This document shows, one piece after another, positions 10,208 to 19,380 of a DNA stretch of 64,000 bases (position 1 is its first letter; every line of letters starts with the position of its first letter). The position numbers and the translations under genes are program-made. Source of the DNA: an uncultured bacterium (GTDB lineage: Bacteria > Auribacterota > Erginobacteria > Erginobacterales > Erginobacteraceae); NCBI GenBank assembly GCA_963822585.1, contig CAWGIE010000035.1, forward strand, positions 224,001-288,000, written 5' to 3'. The notes beneath the pieces were generated by a model. The model saw nothing but the letters and a program-made list of their open reading frames with translations. It made no database searches and had not been told where the DNA came from.

Positions 10208-10355
10208 GAAATTCTAAATCCTAATTTCGAAATCCTAAATAAATCCTAAATCCAAATGACCGAATGTTTTAAATAGGGCAGTTTTGCGTGTTGCTATTTT
10301 GGATTTTTGTCATTTGATATTGTTTAGAATTTGGTGCTTAGATATTAGGATTTTC
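10208..10355. repeat. Heptamer-period (AAATCCT/AAATCCG) imperfect palindrome, family B
   Basis: Left arm GAAATTCTAAATCCTAATTTCGAAATCCTAAAT, right arm TTTAGAATTTGGTGCTTAGATATTAGGATTT; similar to 13829-13986 and 29418-29588. Confidence 0.8.
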
Positions 10356-10385
10356 GGGATCTGTTTTTAGATCCGATTGCTCTAC

Positions 10386-10423
10386 AAAAAAAGCCCCCGG
10401 CTGCGTCGCAGCCGGGGCTTTTT
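10386..10423. terminator. Bidirectional rho-independent terminator
   Basis: A-tract, GCCCCCGGCTGCG-T-CGCAGCCGGGGC stem, T-tract; between the convergent fba and FadL-type genes. Confidence 0.8.
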
Positions 10424-10440
10424 GTTTTTATAATAACGGG

Positions 10441-11759
10441 TTAAAAAAGGTAGGTGGCATCCAGTCCGACCGCCCAGATATGCTGTTCAAAATTCGCGTC
10501 GTTGGGTGCCGGCTTCCCCAGGCGACCGCGCCCAGAACGTCGAGCGACAGGTTCCGGGCAACCTGAAAGCCGGTACCGAAGGTGACGTTGTTCCGGTCCA
10601 CGTCGGCGATATGGGCCAGGCTGACCGCTTTATTCGGGAGCGGGGATTCGTCGAAGAAGTAGCCGGCCCGGATTGCCCACTTCGGCTTCAGCATGTACTC
10701 CGCCCCGATTCGGTACCGGTTGGAATCGTGCCAGTCTTCGTCGTAAGATGAACTTTGAAGCAGCACGCCGTCCTGGTTGTACTGAACGTTGGTCCAGTAA
10801 ACCGACCAGAGCGACTGCTGGAAATCGGCGGTCAGGGTGAGTTTGTCTTTAATCGGTTTGACCGCGACGCCGATGCCCCAGGTCGGGGGATGACGGAACT
10901 TATAGGTATTGTGGGTGTCTTCGGAGAGACCCATCAGGGTCAGGGTGGCTGGAGGCCTTCCCGGTCATCGTGACCGTGGATCCGGTCCGGTAGACGCCGC
11001 CCAGGCTGATCATGTCCGACACCTGATAGAGGAGGCCGAGCATTTCCTCCGCGCCAAATCCGTCGTCTTTAATGTCGAAGTCGTAGTGGTAATCAAGAAT
11101 TCCCGAATTCTGGACGTCCTTGTCCACATCCCGTTCGAGCCGGTCGTAAATGAGGGCCACTCCGGGCCCGACAAAAAGGCCGGGAACGATCTGTCGGGCG
11201 ATGGTGAACTGAGTCTCGACGATGAGCGAGCTGCTGGAAGTTTTACCGTAGATGATTCCCATCCCGTAAGGCATGGTGTCGTCCCAATCCGAGTAGTATC
11301 CCATCGGTGAATAAACGGCCACCCCCAGGGTAAACTCCGGGAAGGAGAAATAGCATCCGGCACCCTGCGGCTGATAGAAGTGATAATTGGTTGAAGTCTT
11401 ATCGAACTGATACGGCTCCACGCCGCTGTAATTGAGAAAAACGTCCTTGGTGTATTGATAGCGTGCGTAGGTTTGGGGCGAAGGCGGGAGGTTGGCGAAC
11501 GAGTTGCTGCCCCGGATGGTGACGTTCGGAGAGAGGAGGTCAATCCCAACCCCGTTGCCCTCCAGGGCTCGGGCCCTCCGCCCGGGTTCCAGTAACTGGC
11601 CGTCCAGTCGTCTGCCAGTCCGATGAATGCCCCGCCCATGGCGGCGGCCCGGCTTCCCAGGCCTCCCCATTCATACCCGCCCGCATAGAGCGCCGGTGTC
11701 AGCAGGACGGAAACACCGGTCATGAGAACAACCAGACCCCACAATTTCGGTCGGTTCAT
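10441..11759 (-). CDS. FadL/OmpP1/TodX-family outer-membrane hydrophobic-compound channel (about 3 apparent frameshifts)
   Basis: Signal peptide, GSRAAAMGGAFIGLADDWTASYWNP, DWHDSNRYRIGAEY, IRAGYFFDESP; alternative-frame terminus ...VGLDATYLF-TAA at 10441. Confidence 0.82.
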
Positions 11760-11777
11760 TTCTCCTCCTTCCGGTTG

Positions 11778-11803
11778 AACCCGATTTATGCGTAAATCGG
11801 GTT
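11778..11803. repeat. Short palindrome AACCCGATTTA-N4-TAAATCGGGTT
   Basis: Second copy at 42836-42861. Confidence 0.7.
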
Positions 11804-11870
11804 AGTTTTGAACACTGACAACGAAGAAAAAAGCATACTAACAAGATCTCCTTTATACGACAAGAATATA

Positions 11871-12722
11871 TTATTCCGCTTTCAGAGAGGGCTCGGACCG
11901 TTCCGTGATCAGATCCGCTTCGATGACGACTTCCGGTGTCCCGGGCCCGCTCTCCGGTCCGGCGTAGCGGATCCAGTGATGAGGCGGTTCGGCGGCAAAC
12001 CACAGGTAGATGGTCGGGGCCGCCAGTTTCCCCAGCCAGGTCATCACCCCCAGATCGGGGACCATCCGCAGCCGGTGGCAGGAGAAGGTGCCCGCCGCGG
12101 TGGTGACATCCTCTTTCCCGTCGTACTCGATCAGAAGGGAATATGCATCGGGTTCGTCGGTGAGGATCTCGCAGGTCATTTCACCGCCCTCCTCTCCCGG
12201 CCGGGGGAAGGGGAACGAGCGCAGCAGCAGCCAGAGTTCCTGGGTATATACCATCCGGGGTTCCAGGGGGAAGCGGTCGGTCCGGATGTCGCCGTCTCCG
12301 GCGGAGACGGTCTGGGTCCGCACCTCTCCCCGGTCGCGGTCAAATGTTATCTCAAGAGTAGTGACAACTTCTTCCGCCTTATTCCGGATAATTTCCCGTG
12401 ACCGGAGAGGCGAGAGTCTTCCTCCGGCGATCGTAAAACGGGACTCGATCAGGCGGCATTCTTTCCGGTTTTCTTCACCGAAGATCCCCTCTTCCCGGTA
12501 GCTGACGGTGTAGCTGTCCGAAGGAGCATTCATCAGCGGCTCCACCCGCCGTTCCCCCTCCCAGCGAATCGCCTGGCTGTCCGCGAGCCGGCAGTGATAC
12601 CGGACCAGTTCCCGGCCGCCGATTTCTATCCGTCCGATTTCATCGGCTCCAGATGTCGGAGGCGCCGTGATGATTGAGAAAAAGATAATAACCGGCAGAA
12701 CCGGGCCAACAAAACTTTTCAT
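11871..12722 (-). CDS. Secreted hypothetical protein (beta-rich, DUF3108-like)
   Basis: Signal peptide from MKSFVGPVLP; EDVTTAAGTFSC motif typical of DUF3108-type proteins; co-oriented directly upstream of the FadL-type gene. Confidence 0.6.
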   Translation of the reverse strand: MKSFVGPVLPVIIFFSIITAPPTSGADEIGRIEIGGRELVRYHCRLADSQAIRWEGERRVEPLMNAPSDSYTVSYREEGIFGEENRKECRLIESRFTIAGGRLSPLRSREIIRNKAEEVVTTLEITFDRDRGEVRTQTVSAGDGDIRTDRFPLEPRMVYTQELWLLLRSFPFPRPGEEGGEMTCEILTDEPDAYSLLIEYDGKEDVTTAAGTFSCHRLRMVPDLGVMTWLGKLAAPTIYLWFAAEPPHHWIRYAGPESGPGTPEVVIEADLITERSEPSLKAE

Positions 12723-12793
12723 CTTTGTTTTTACTTGGTGTCTTAGTGTCTTGGTGGCAGAATTTATCAAGTAAGTTACTCTATCAATATGGC

Positions 12794-13789
12794 ATGAACG
12801 AAAAAAGAAAAATGATCGCGGTGACCGGCGCCTCCGGTCACCTGGGGGGAAACCTGGTCCGGGCCCTGCTGGACCGGGGAGAACGCGTCCGGGTCCTGGT
12901 TTACCGGGACGTAAGGGCGCTTGAGGGCCTCGACCTGGATATCGTGCGCGGTGATATTCTGGATCCCGATTCTCTCCGCCGGGGGTTTGCCGGGGTAAAG
13001 CTGGTCTATCACGCCGCGGCCCGGATCTCGATCACGGGGGACCGGACCGGCCTAATGCGCCGGACCAACGTCGAAGGGACCCGCAACGTGGTGGAGGCAT
13101 GCCTCAGTTCGGGGGTGGAGCGGCTGATTCATTTCAGCTCCATTCACGCCCACTCCCCGCATCCGGCGGACGGTACCGTGGACGAGGCCCGGGCCCTGGC
13201 CCTGGATGAAGACGTCCCGGTTTACGATCGATCGAAGGCGCGGGGGGAGATGGAGATCGCCCGGGGGATACAAGACGGTCTCGACGCCGTCATTATCAAT
13301 CCCACCGGCGTGATCGGCCCCCACGATTACAAGCCGTCGCGGATGGGACAGGTCCTGCTGGATATCTGCCGCCGGAAACTCCCGGCCCTGATCGCGGGAG
13401 GTTATAACTGGGTCGACGTCCGCGATGTGGTGAGCATGGCCCTGGTTGCGGCAGCTCACGGCCGGTCCGGGGAGAAGTATCTGGCCTCGGGAGAATGGGT
13501 GAGTATCAAGGATATCGCCCTGCTGGCGGCCCAGGCCGCCGGCTGTTCGGTTCCCCGGCTGGTTACCCCGATGTGGATGGGGAGGGTGTCGGCGCCGGTG
13601 ATTGCCGGCTGGGCCCGGCTGACGGGGACCAGGCCCCTCTTTACTCCGGAAGCGCTCCACGCGCTCCGTCACCATCGCCGCGTTTCCCACCGGAAAGCCG
13701 CCGCCGAACTGGGGTATCGTCCCCGGCCGATCGAGGAGACGGTGGGGGATACGGTGGAATGGTTCAGGGAGAATGGGAGATTAGAGTAG
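12794..13789 (+). CDS. Extended SDR, NAD-dependent epimerase/dehydratase (HpnA / dihydroflavonol reductase / 3-beta-HSD-like)
   Basis: TGASGHLG, HAAA, TNVEGTRNV, YDRSK, NPTGVIGPHD, VDVRDV. Confidence 0.85.
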   Translation: MNEKRKMIAVTGASGHLGGNLVRALLDRGERVRVLVYRDVRALEGLDLDIVRGDILDPDSLRRGFAGVKLVYHAAARISITGDRTGLMRRTNVEGTRNVVEACLSSGVERLIHFSSIHAHSPHPADGTVDEARALALDEDVPVYDRSKARGEMEIARGIQDGLDAVIINPTGVIGPHDYKPSRMGQVLLDICRRKLPALIAGGYNWVDVRDVVSMALVAAAHGRSGEKYLASGEWVSIKDIALLAAQAAGCSVPRLVTPMWMGRVSAPVIAGWARLTGTRPLFTPEALHALRHHRRVSHRKAAAELGYRPRPIEETVGDTVEWFRENGRLE

Positions 13790-13828
13790 TGTTTTGACCT
13801 GATATTCTGATCGAGCGGTATCCTTGCG

Positions 13829-13986
13829 GAAAATCCTAAATCCGAATATCGAAATCCTAAATAAATTCAAAATCCAAAGGACCAAATGCTCAAAACACCT
13901 GTGTCGACCCCGGCATTTTTGTTTGGGATTTATGATTTTGGTTATTTGATATTATTTAGAATTTCGTGCTTGGAAATTAGGATTTC
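13829..13986. repeat. Heptamer-period palindrome, family B
   Basis: AAATCCTAAATCCGAATATCGAAATCCTAAAT ... ATTTAGAATTTCGTGCTTGGAAATTAGGATTT, between convergent genes. Confidence 0.8.
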
Positions 13987-14016
13987 AGAGCTTATGAGTT
14001 TTCGAATAAGCTCGCA

Positions 14017-15216
14017 CTATTCCTTCACCCGGTATTCCTTCCCGGTCCAGAAGATGCCGCGTCCTTCCTCCAGGTAGATCCGCCCCTTCCACTTGATCCC
14101 CTTGCCGGCGATTCTCCGGTAGAGCATGTTGCCGGCGATGGCAACCAGCATCACGGCCGCCGCCGGATGGGTGAGAGCCCACCACCCTTTCACCCCGAGC
14201 AGCCGGTTGATCCGGAACCGGATGAAGACGATCAAAATCGCGGAGAATGCCAGAAGCCCGGCCGAATAGGGATATCGTCCCCTGAAGAAAGGGAAGAGAA
14301 AAGGGAGGAGATTGAAGCCGAGGGCATAGAGGATTTCAGCGGGGACGATCAGGATGTTGTTATTGGCCCCGCTCAGCAGGTAGCGGCTCCATCCTTCGAA
14401 ACTCTCCCGGAACCCCCGGTACATCCGGACCTGGAGGGTCCGGGTGGCGATGACCAGGTGAGCGTTCAGGCCGAGGGCTTTCGCCTGTTCCATGAAAGCG
14501 ACATCGTCGGGGATGGTGTTGTGGACGCTGGCCCATCTCCCGATCGTCTCGTAGGCATCCCGCCGGACCAGAAAGAAGGTGCCGCTGGCCCCGGCCCGCC
14601 GGCAGGTCGATCTGTTCAGAGATCGGGGAGGGAAGTAGTCCCAGAAGAGCCAGAAGATAAACGGCTGGAGAGTGTTCTCCCAGAAGCCCCGGCAGATCTG
14701 CCCGGGGAGGACGGTCAATACCGCGGCCCGGTTCCGGAGACAGTAAGCAAGCGCCGAGCGTAGATGGGCGGGATGGTGACGGGTGTCGGCGTCGGTGAAG
14801 ACCAGCCACTCACCCCGCGATTCCGTGACCCCTTTTTCCTTGGCATAAACAGGGCCGCTCCAGTCGGGAGGCGGATTCTCCGTATTTTTGATCAGGCGAA
14901 TCCGGGGATCCGCGTCCCCCAGTCCCCGCACGATCTCCGCTGTTTTGTCCCGGGAGCGGTCGTCGACGACGATCATCTCCCAGTTGGGATAGGTCTGTTT
15001 CTGGAACGAACGGATGCAGTCTGCGATATTCCGCTCCTCATCCCGGACCGCGATCACGATCGAGACCAGCGGTGATTCGGGGGTTTGCTCGGGAGCGGTC
15101 CCCAGGAAGGGGTCGACCCGGAAGCGATAAAAGAGGAGGATAAATTTGAAGAGCCAGTAAACGGCCAGGATCGCGCTGACTCCAAATACGACCCCTTCCT
15201 GTAAGAGGATATGCAT
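14017..15216 (-). CDS. Membrane GT2 glycosyltransferase (CrtQ/HpnB-like lipid glycosyltransferase)
   Basis: VSIVIAVRDEE, VDDRSRD, FTDADT, RRDAYETIG, PDD, VRMYRG, C-terminal WKGR; N- and C-terminal TM helices. Confidence 0.82.
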   Translation of the reverse strand: MHILLQEGVVFGVSAILAVYWLFKFILLFYRFRVDPFLGTAPEQTPESPLVSIVIAVRDEERNIADCIRSFQKQTYPNWEMIVVDDRSRDKTAEIVRGLGDADPRIRLIKNTENPPPDWSGPVYAKEKGVTESRGEWLVFTDADTRHHPAHLRSALAYCLRNRAAVLTVLPGQICRGFWENTLQPFIFWLFWDYFPPRSLNRSTCRRAGASGTFFLVRRDAYETIGRWASVHNTIPDDVAFMEQAKALGLNAHLVIATRTLQVRMYRGFRESFEGWSRYLLSGANNNILIVPAEILYALGFNLLPFLFPFFRGRYPYSAGLLAFSAILIVFIRFRINRLLGVKGWWALTHPAAAVMLVAIAGNMLYRRIAGKGIKWKGRIYLEEGRGIFWTGKEYRVKE

Positions 15217-15338
15217 GAAATTAATTAGCTCTCTGCGATCGCCAATAGATATGTAAAATTATCTTTCATTCCGTGAAGGACTAACAGGAGACGGCGTATG
15301 TGTCATATTTCCTTGCCGGCGGCCCGGCTTGTTTTATG

Positions 15339-15429
15339 GCAAGCGAAGCGATCCTACAATTCCTGCAAAGAATGCCGAAGGCATTCTGATCCTACAAGCC
15401 CGGAAGCGAAGCGAAAGGGCGATACTACA
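15339..15429 (+). repeat. Modular hairpin-GAT(C/A)CTACA repeat, family C
   Basis: Matches the reverse complement of 46057-46147 and partly matches 40035-40122. Confidence 0.8.
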
Positions 15430-15623
15430 CTTCCAAATTCCTTTTTTGAAATCCCGAAGCAGCAGCCCCGTATTGTATCACGTTCCTCCGATCTCACAAT
15501 TGTAATCAGTGTTCATGTAATCAGGGTTCATATTTTTATTCACCGGTATATCCCCATCTGTTACAGTGCCCCTGCTCAGCGAGCTTCGGCACGATCATCC
15601 GATCATTCACCCGGATCGCGCCG

Positions 15624-18386
15624 GTGATCCGAGGGGAGATCGGATCTCCGGCAACAGAAACCACTGCACACCAATCCGGAACGGCTCCATTGATACAGGA
15701 CAGAATTCTTCAGTTCATCTACAACCTGGGACTCCGTCACGGGCGGGCGGTTATCCTGGCCATGGGGGTGATAACGCTTTTCTTCGCCGCATTCATCCCC
15801 CGGTTGACGATCTCGTCCTCCTATAATGAGCTGGTTTCCCCGGAAGAGCCCGAACAGGCCCGTTTTCTATCTTTTTTGGAAGAATTCGGCGCCGCCGGCG
15901 AACTGGTGGTTGTCCTGGAAGGAGATCCCGCGACACTTGTCTCCCGCGCCGATCTCTTCGCCGCCGCGATCAAGAGCGAGAAAAAATATGTCCAATCGGT
16001 TTTTTACCAGATCGAACTCGACGACCTGCTGAAACGGGCACCCTATTTTTTCCCGGAGGAGATGCTGGCGGATGGGCTGAAAGAAATTGACGACTACCGG
16101 CCCCTGATCGACGAGATCTCCCGGGTGAAAAGTCTCCCCTCCCTGTTGAGCCTGATCAACCGGGGACTTGCCGGCGAGATCCCCGGCATGGATGACCCGG
16201 GGATCGCCGCGACCGGGTTGACGATCCCGCGTCTGCTTTTCCGGGAATGGCGCCGATTTCTGGAAGACCCCTCCCGGGAAGATATCGATTATAGCTCGAT
16301 TCTGCGGGGGGGGAAGATCGCAGGGACGGAGATGATCGAATCCGGCGGTTACCTCCGTTCCCACGACGGCCGGTTGCTCTTTCTTTTTGTTCGTCCGGCC
16401 TCCCTTTCGGATGATATCACCTTTCTGGAACCGTTTGTCGGGTCCGTGAGACAGGCCTGTGACCGGGTGCTGGAAGAGAACCCCGCGCTGAAAGGCAAAG
16501 TCGCCGTGGCCTTCACCGGCATGCCGGCCCACGCCCTGACCGAAGTGCATGCCATCAACTCCGACGTGGCCCGGTCGACCGCCATCTCGGTGCTCCTGGT
16601 GATCGCGGTCCTCATCTTCGGTTTCCGCTCGCTGAAAAAGATCCTCCTGGCGGTCATCCCCCTGGGCTGCGGGATGATCATCACCGTCCGGGCGATCTCG
16701 CTGACCATCGGCCACCTGAACCTGGTCAGCTCGTCTTTCCTGGCGGTCCTTTTCGGTATCGGGATCGATTTCGGCATCTATTTGATCCGGCGGACAGCCG
16801 AAGAGAGGGACCGGGGCAAGACGGAAGAAGAGGCGGTACGGATCGCGGTTACCGCCTCCGGGCGTTCCGTTCTGACCGGCGGTCTCACGACCGGCCTGGC
16901 CTTCCTGGCCGTCGGCTGGACCGACTTCGTCGGCTTCTCCGAGCTCGGCCTGACCGCCGGGATGGGCGTGCTCATCGTGCTTTTTTCCACCCTGCTCCTG
17001 CTGCCCGCGCTCTTGCTGGCCACCCGGATCCGGCCCGCTCATTATTCTCTGCGGCGGGCGCTGAAAGCAACCGCCCGTAAACGGGAACGTCTCTTTTTGA
17101 CGCTGGTCGTGCTGGCGGCCGGGGCCGGCTGCGTTTTCGGAGTCTTCGCCGCTACCCGCCTGCATTTTGATTTCAACGCCCTGAAGCTGCTTCCTCCCGG
17201 GGCCGAGTCCACCATTTACCAGATCCGGATGCAGGAGGAGAGCGATTTCCAGATGACCTGCGCGGCGGTCACGGCCCCGGATCTCGCCCTGCTTCAGCGG
17301 CAGGTGGAACGCATCCGGGCACTCCCCACGGTCAGCCGGGTCGAATCGCTGGGCGACCTGATACCGGAAAAGCCGGCCGAGAAACAGCGGCTGATCGCCG
17401 CCTATCGCCCCTTTTTAGCCCGGGTCGAGATCGAGTTGGGCGCCCCCGCCGCGCCGCTCGGGACCTACCGTTCCCAACTTGACGCTCTCCGCGCCGGTTT
17501 GGAAAGCGTCCAGGAGGCCGCCTTCTCCGGCGGCCGCCCCGACCTGGTATCCGCCGCCGAAGAGGATCTGAGCGAGCTTGATTCCCTGCGCAACGATCTC
17601 GACTCCGGCCAGGGAACCCGGGCGGCGGAACGTTCCCGGGCATTTGAAGAAGCGCTCTTCCAGGGGTTGAAAAAGCTCTCGACTCTCCTGCGGATATGGC
17701 TGGAAGAACCCCCGCCAACCGTTGACTCCCTCCCCCCGGAACTGGTAAGACGCTTTAAAAGCCCCCGGGGAAATTATGTCGCCTATGTCTTTCCCAGCGG
17801 TTCGATCTGGGATGTGGATTTTCTCGATCGTTTCGTTTCCGGCCTCAAGGAGATCGCCCCCGGGGCGACCGGTTTCCCGGTGACCCACCAGCTGACCTCC
17901 CGGGTCATGGTGAAAAGTCTGCTGCGGGCTCTTCTCTACGCTTTCGGCATTATCGTGATCATGCTCCTGATCGATTTTAAGCGTCCGGGCCCGGTGTTGC
18001 TCTCCCTGATACCGTTGGCGGTAGGCATGCTCTGGGTCCAGGGCGCGATGTATATCCTGGGCCGGAACTACGATTTCGCCTCGATGCCGGGGCTTCCTCT
18101 CCTGCTTGGCCTGGGGATCGTCTACGGCATCCATATCGTCCGCCGCTGGATGGAGCATCCGGAGATCACCGCTTTTGCCGCCACCGTGACCTCGGGGCGC
18201 GGGGTCGCCTTCGCCGCGCTGACCACCATGGCCAGCCTCTTCAGCCTGATTTTTTCCCGTCATCAGGGTGTGGCGTCCTTCGGGATCATCATCCTGATCG
18301 GGATCGTGGCCACGCTGGTGGCCGCTCTTTACGTTTTGCCGGCGGTGATTGACCTGCTACACTATAAGAAAATACATCATCCTTAA
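15624..18386 (+). CDS. MMPL/RND-family lipid transporter (HpnN/BstA-like)
   Basis: Two MMPL repeats, about 12 TM helices, GIGIDFGIYL, FSELGLTAGMG, FDFNALKL, GVAFAALTTMAS; start codon uncertain. Confidence 0.88.
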   Translation: MIRGEIGSPATETTAHQSGTAPLIQDRILQFIYNLGLRHGRAVILAMGVITLFFAAFIPRLTISSSYNELVSPEEPEQARFLSFLEEFGAAGELVVVLEGDPATLVSRADLFAAAIKSEKKYVQSVFYQIELDDLLKRAPYFFPEEMLADGLKEIDDYRPLIDEISRVKSLPSLLSLINRGLAGEIPGMDDPGIAATGLTIPRLLFREWRRFLEDPSREDIDYSSILRGGKIAGTEMIESGGYLRSHDGRLLFLFVRPASLSDDITFLEPFVGSVRQACDRVLEENPALKGKVAVAFTGMPAHALTEVHAINSDVARSTAISVLLVIAVLIFGFRSLKKILLAVIPLGCGMIITVRAISLTIGHLNLVSSSFLAVLFGIGIDFGIYLIRRTAEERDRGKTEEEAVRIAVTASGRSVLTGGLTTGLAFLAVGWTDFVGFSELGLTAGMGVLIVLFSTLLLLPALLLATRIRPAHYSLRRALKATARKRERLFLTLVVLAAGAGCVFGVFAATRLHFDFNALKLLPPGAESTIYQIRMQEESDFQMTCAAVTAPDLALLQRQVERIRALPTVSRVESLGDLIPEKPAEKQRLIAAYRPFLARVEIELGAPAAPLGTYRSQLDALRAGLESVQEAAFSGGRPDLVSAAEEDLSELDSLRNDLDSGQGTRAAERSRAFEEALFQGLKKLSTLLRIWLEEPPPTVDSLPPELVRRFKSPRGNYVAYVFPSGSIWDVDFLDRFVSGLKEIAPGATGFPVTHQLTSRVMVKSLLRALLYAFGIIVIMLLIDFKRPGPVLLSLIPLAVGMLWVQGAMYILGRNYDFASMPGLPLLLGLGIVYGIHIVRRWMEHPEITAFAATVTSGRGVAFAALTTMASLFSLIFSRHQGVASFGIIILIGIVATLVAALYVLPAVIDLLHYKKIHHP

Positions 18387-18488
18387 CCTGGATTATTCAT
18401 GAAAATTGAAAATTTTCATGAATAATCCAGGTTACTAATTGTTGTTCAATGTATTATGAATAGCAATCTTGTTTATACGGCGACAGCA
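18384..18488. repeat. Perfect 24-bp-arm palindrome plus conserved tail, family D
   Basis: TAACCTGGATTATTCATGAAAATT-GAA-AATTTTCATGAATAATCCAGGTTA (18384-18434); second copy at 42573-42623 with a similar downstream tail. Confidence 0.9.
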
Positions 18489-18528
18489 CTCTGCTTTTTC
18501 TTCTCCAAAACGGCAACATGAAAACATC

Positions 18529-19380
18529 ATGAAATATGTATATGCCGGCATTATTTTAGGAGTTCTTACGGCATTTATTTCTTCCTCTTCCGCGATCGCG
18601 GAAGAGGAAGAAATAAATGTGGTCATCATCTTCCCCGGAGGCCCCCCCCGGGAAAAGGTGGAGAAATACACCGATGAATTCACGGGCATCATCGCCGGGC
18701 ATATGTCGCTCTCCCCGGGGGACGTCAAAGGACATTACTTCACCGATTACCCGGCCGCCCTGGCTTTCCTGCAGGAAAACCCGGACGCTTTTATCATCAG
18801 CTCTCTCGGTTTTTTTCTCTCCCGGCGAAAAGCTCTTTCTCTCGTCCCCCTGGCGTCGGTCGAGATGACGGAGAATGCCGGAAACCGGTATTACCTGGTG
18901 GCAAAGAAGGGAACCGTCACCTCGCTGGAAGAGATGAAGGGGAAGACCATCGCCGGGAGCGCCCTCTACGAAGACCCGGACTTCCTGAAAAAGGTCGTTT
19001 TCGCGGGGAGGCTCGATCCCCTCTCCGACCTGGCCCTGGAGCCGACTTCCCGGCCTCTCTCCGCGATCAGGAAGGCGGCCCGGGGGGAACTGGGCGGCGT
19101 GCTCCTGGACGATGTCCAGTACCACAGCCTCCAGGCGCTGCCCCTCTTCACGGAACTGGCCGTCGTCTACGAATCTCCCCCGCTCCCCCCGCTCGGTCTG
19201 ATGATGACCGATACCCCGGCCGACAGAAACCGGGAAGAGAAATTGCTCGAATCCCTGACTACCCTGGGGGAGACCGACGCGGGAGCGGCGGCCTTCCGGT
19301 CGTTCGGCCTGAAGGGATTCTCGCGGATCGATCCGAGTTCCCTGGATGAAGTGATCCGGAAATATGAAGGAAGCGAATAA
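18529..19380 (+). CDS. Periplasmic PhnD/phosphonate-binding-like protein (BstB-like)
   Basis: Signal peptide MKYVYAGIILG...SAIA; YYLVAKKG...SLEEMKGKTIA and VVYESPPLP fit the class II substrate-binding fold; no ABC genes nearby. Confidence 0.75.
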   Translation: MKYVYAGIILGVLTAFISSSSAIAEEEEINVVIIFPGGPPREKVEKYTDEFTGIIAGHMSLSPGDVKGHYFTDYPAALAFLQENPDAFIISSLGFFLSRRKALSLVPLASVEMTENAGNRYYLVAKKGTVTSLEEMKGKTIAGSALYEDPDFLKKVVFAGRLDPLSDLALEPTSRPLSAIRKAARGELGGVLLDDVQYHSLQALPLFTELAVVYESPPLPPLGLMMTDTPADRNREEKLLESLTTLGETDAGAAAFRSFGLKGFSRIDPSSLDEVIRKYEGSE

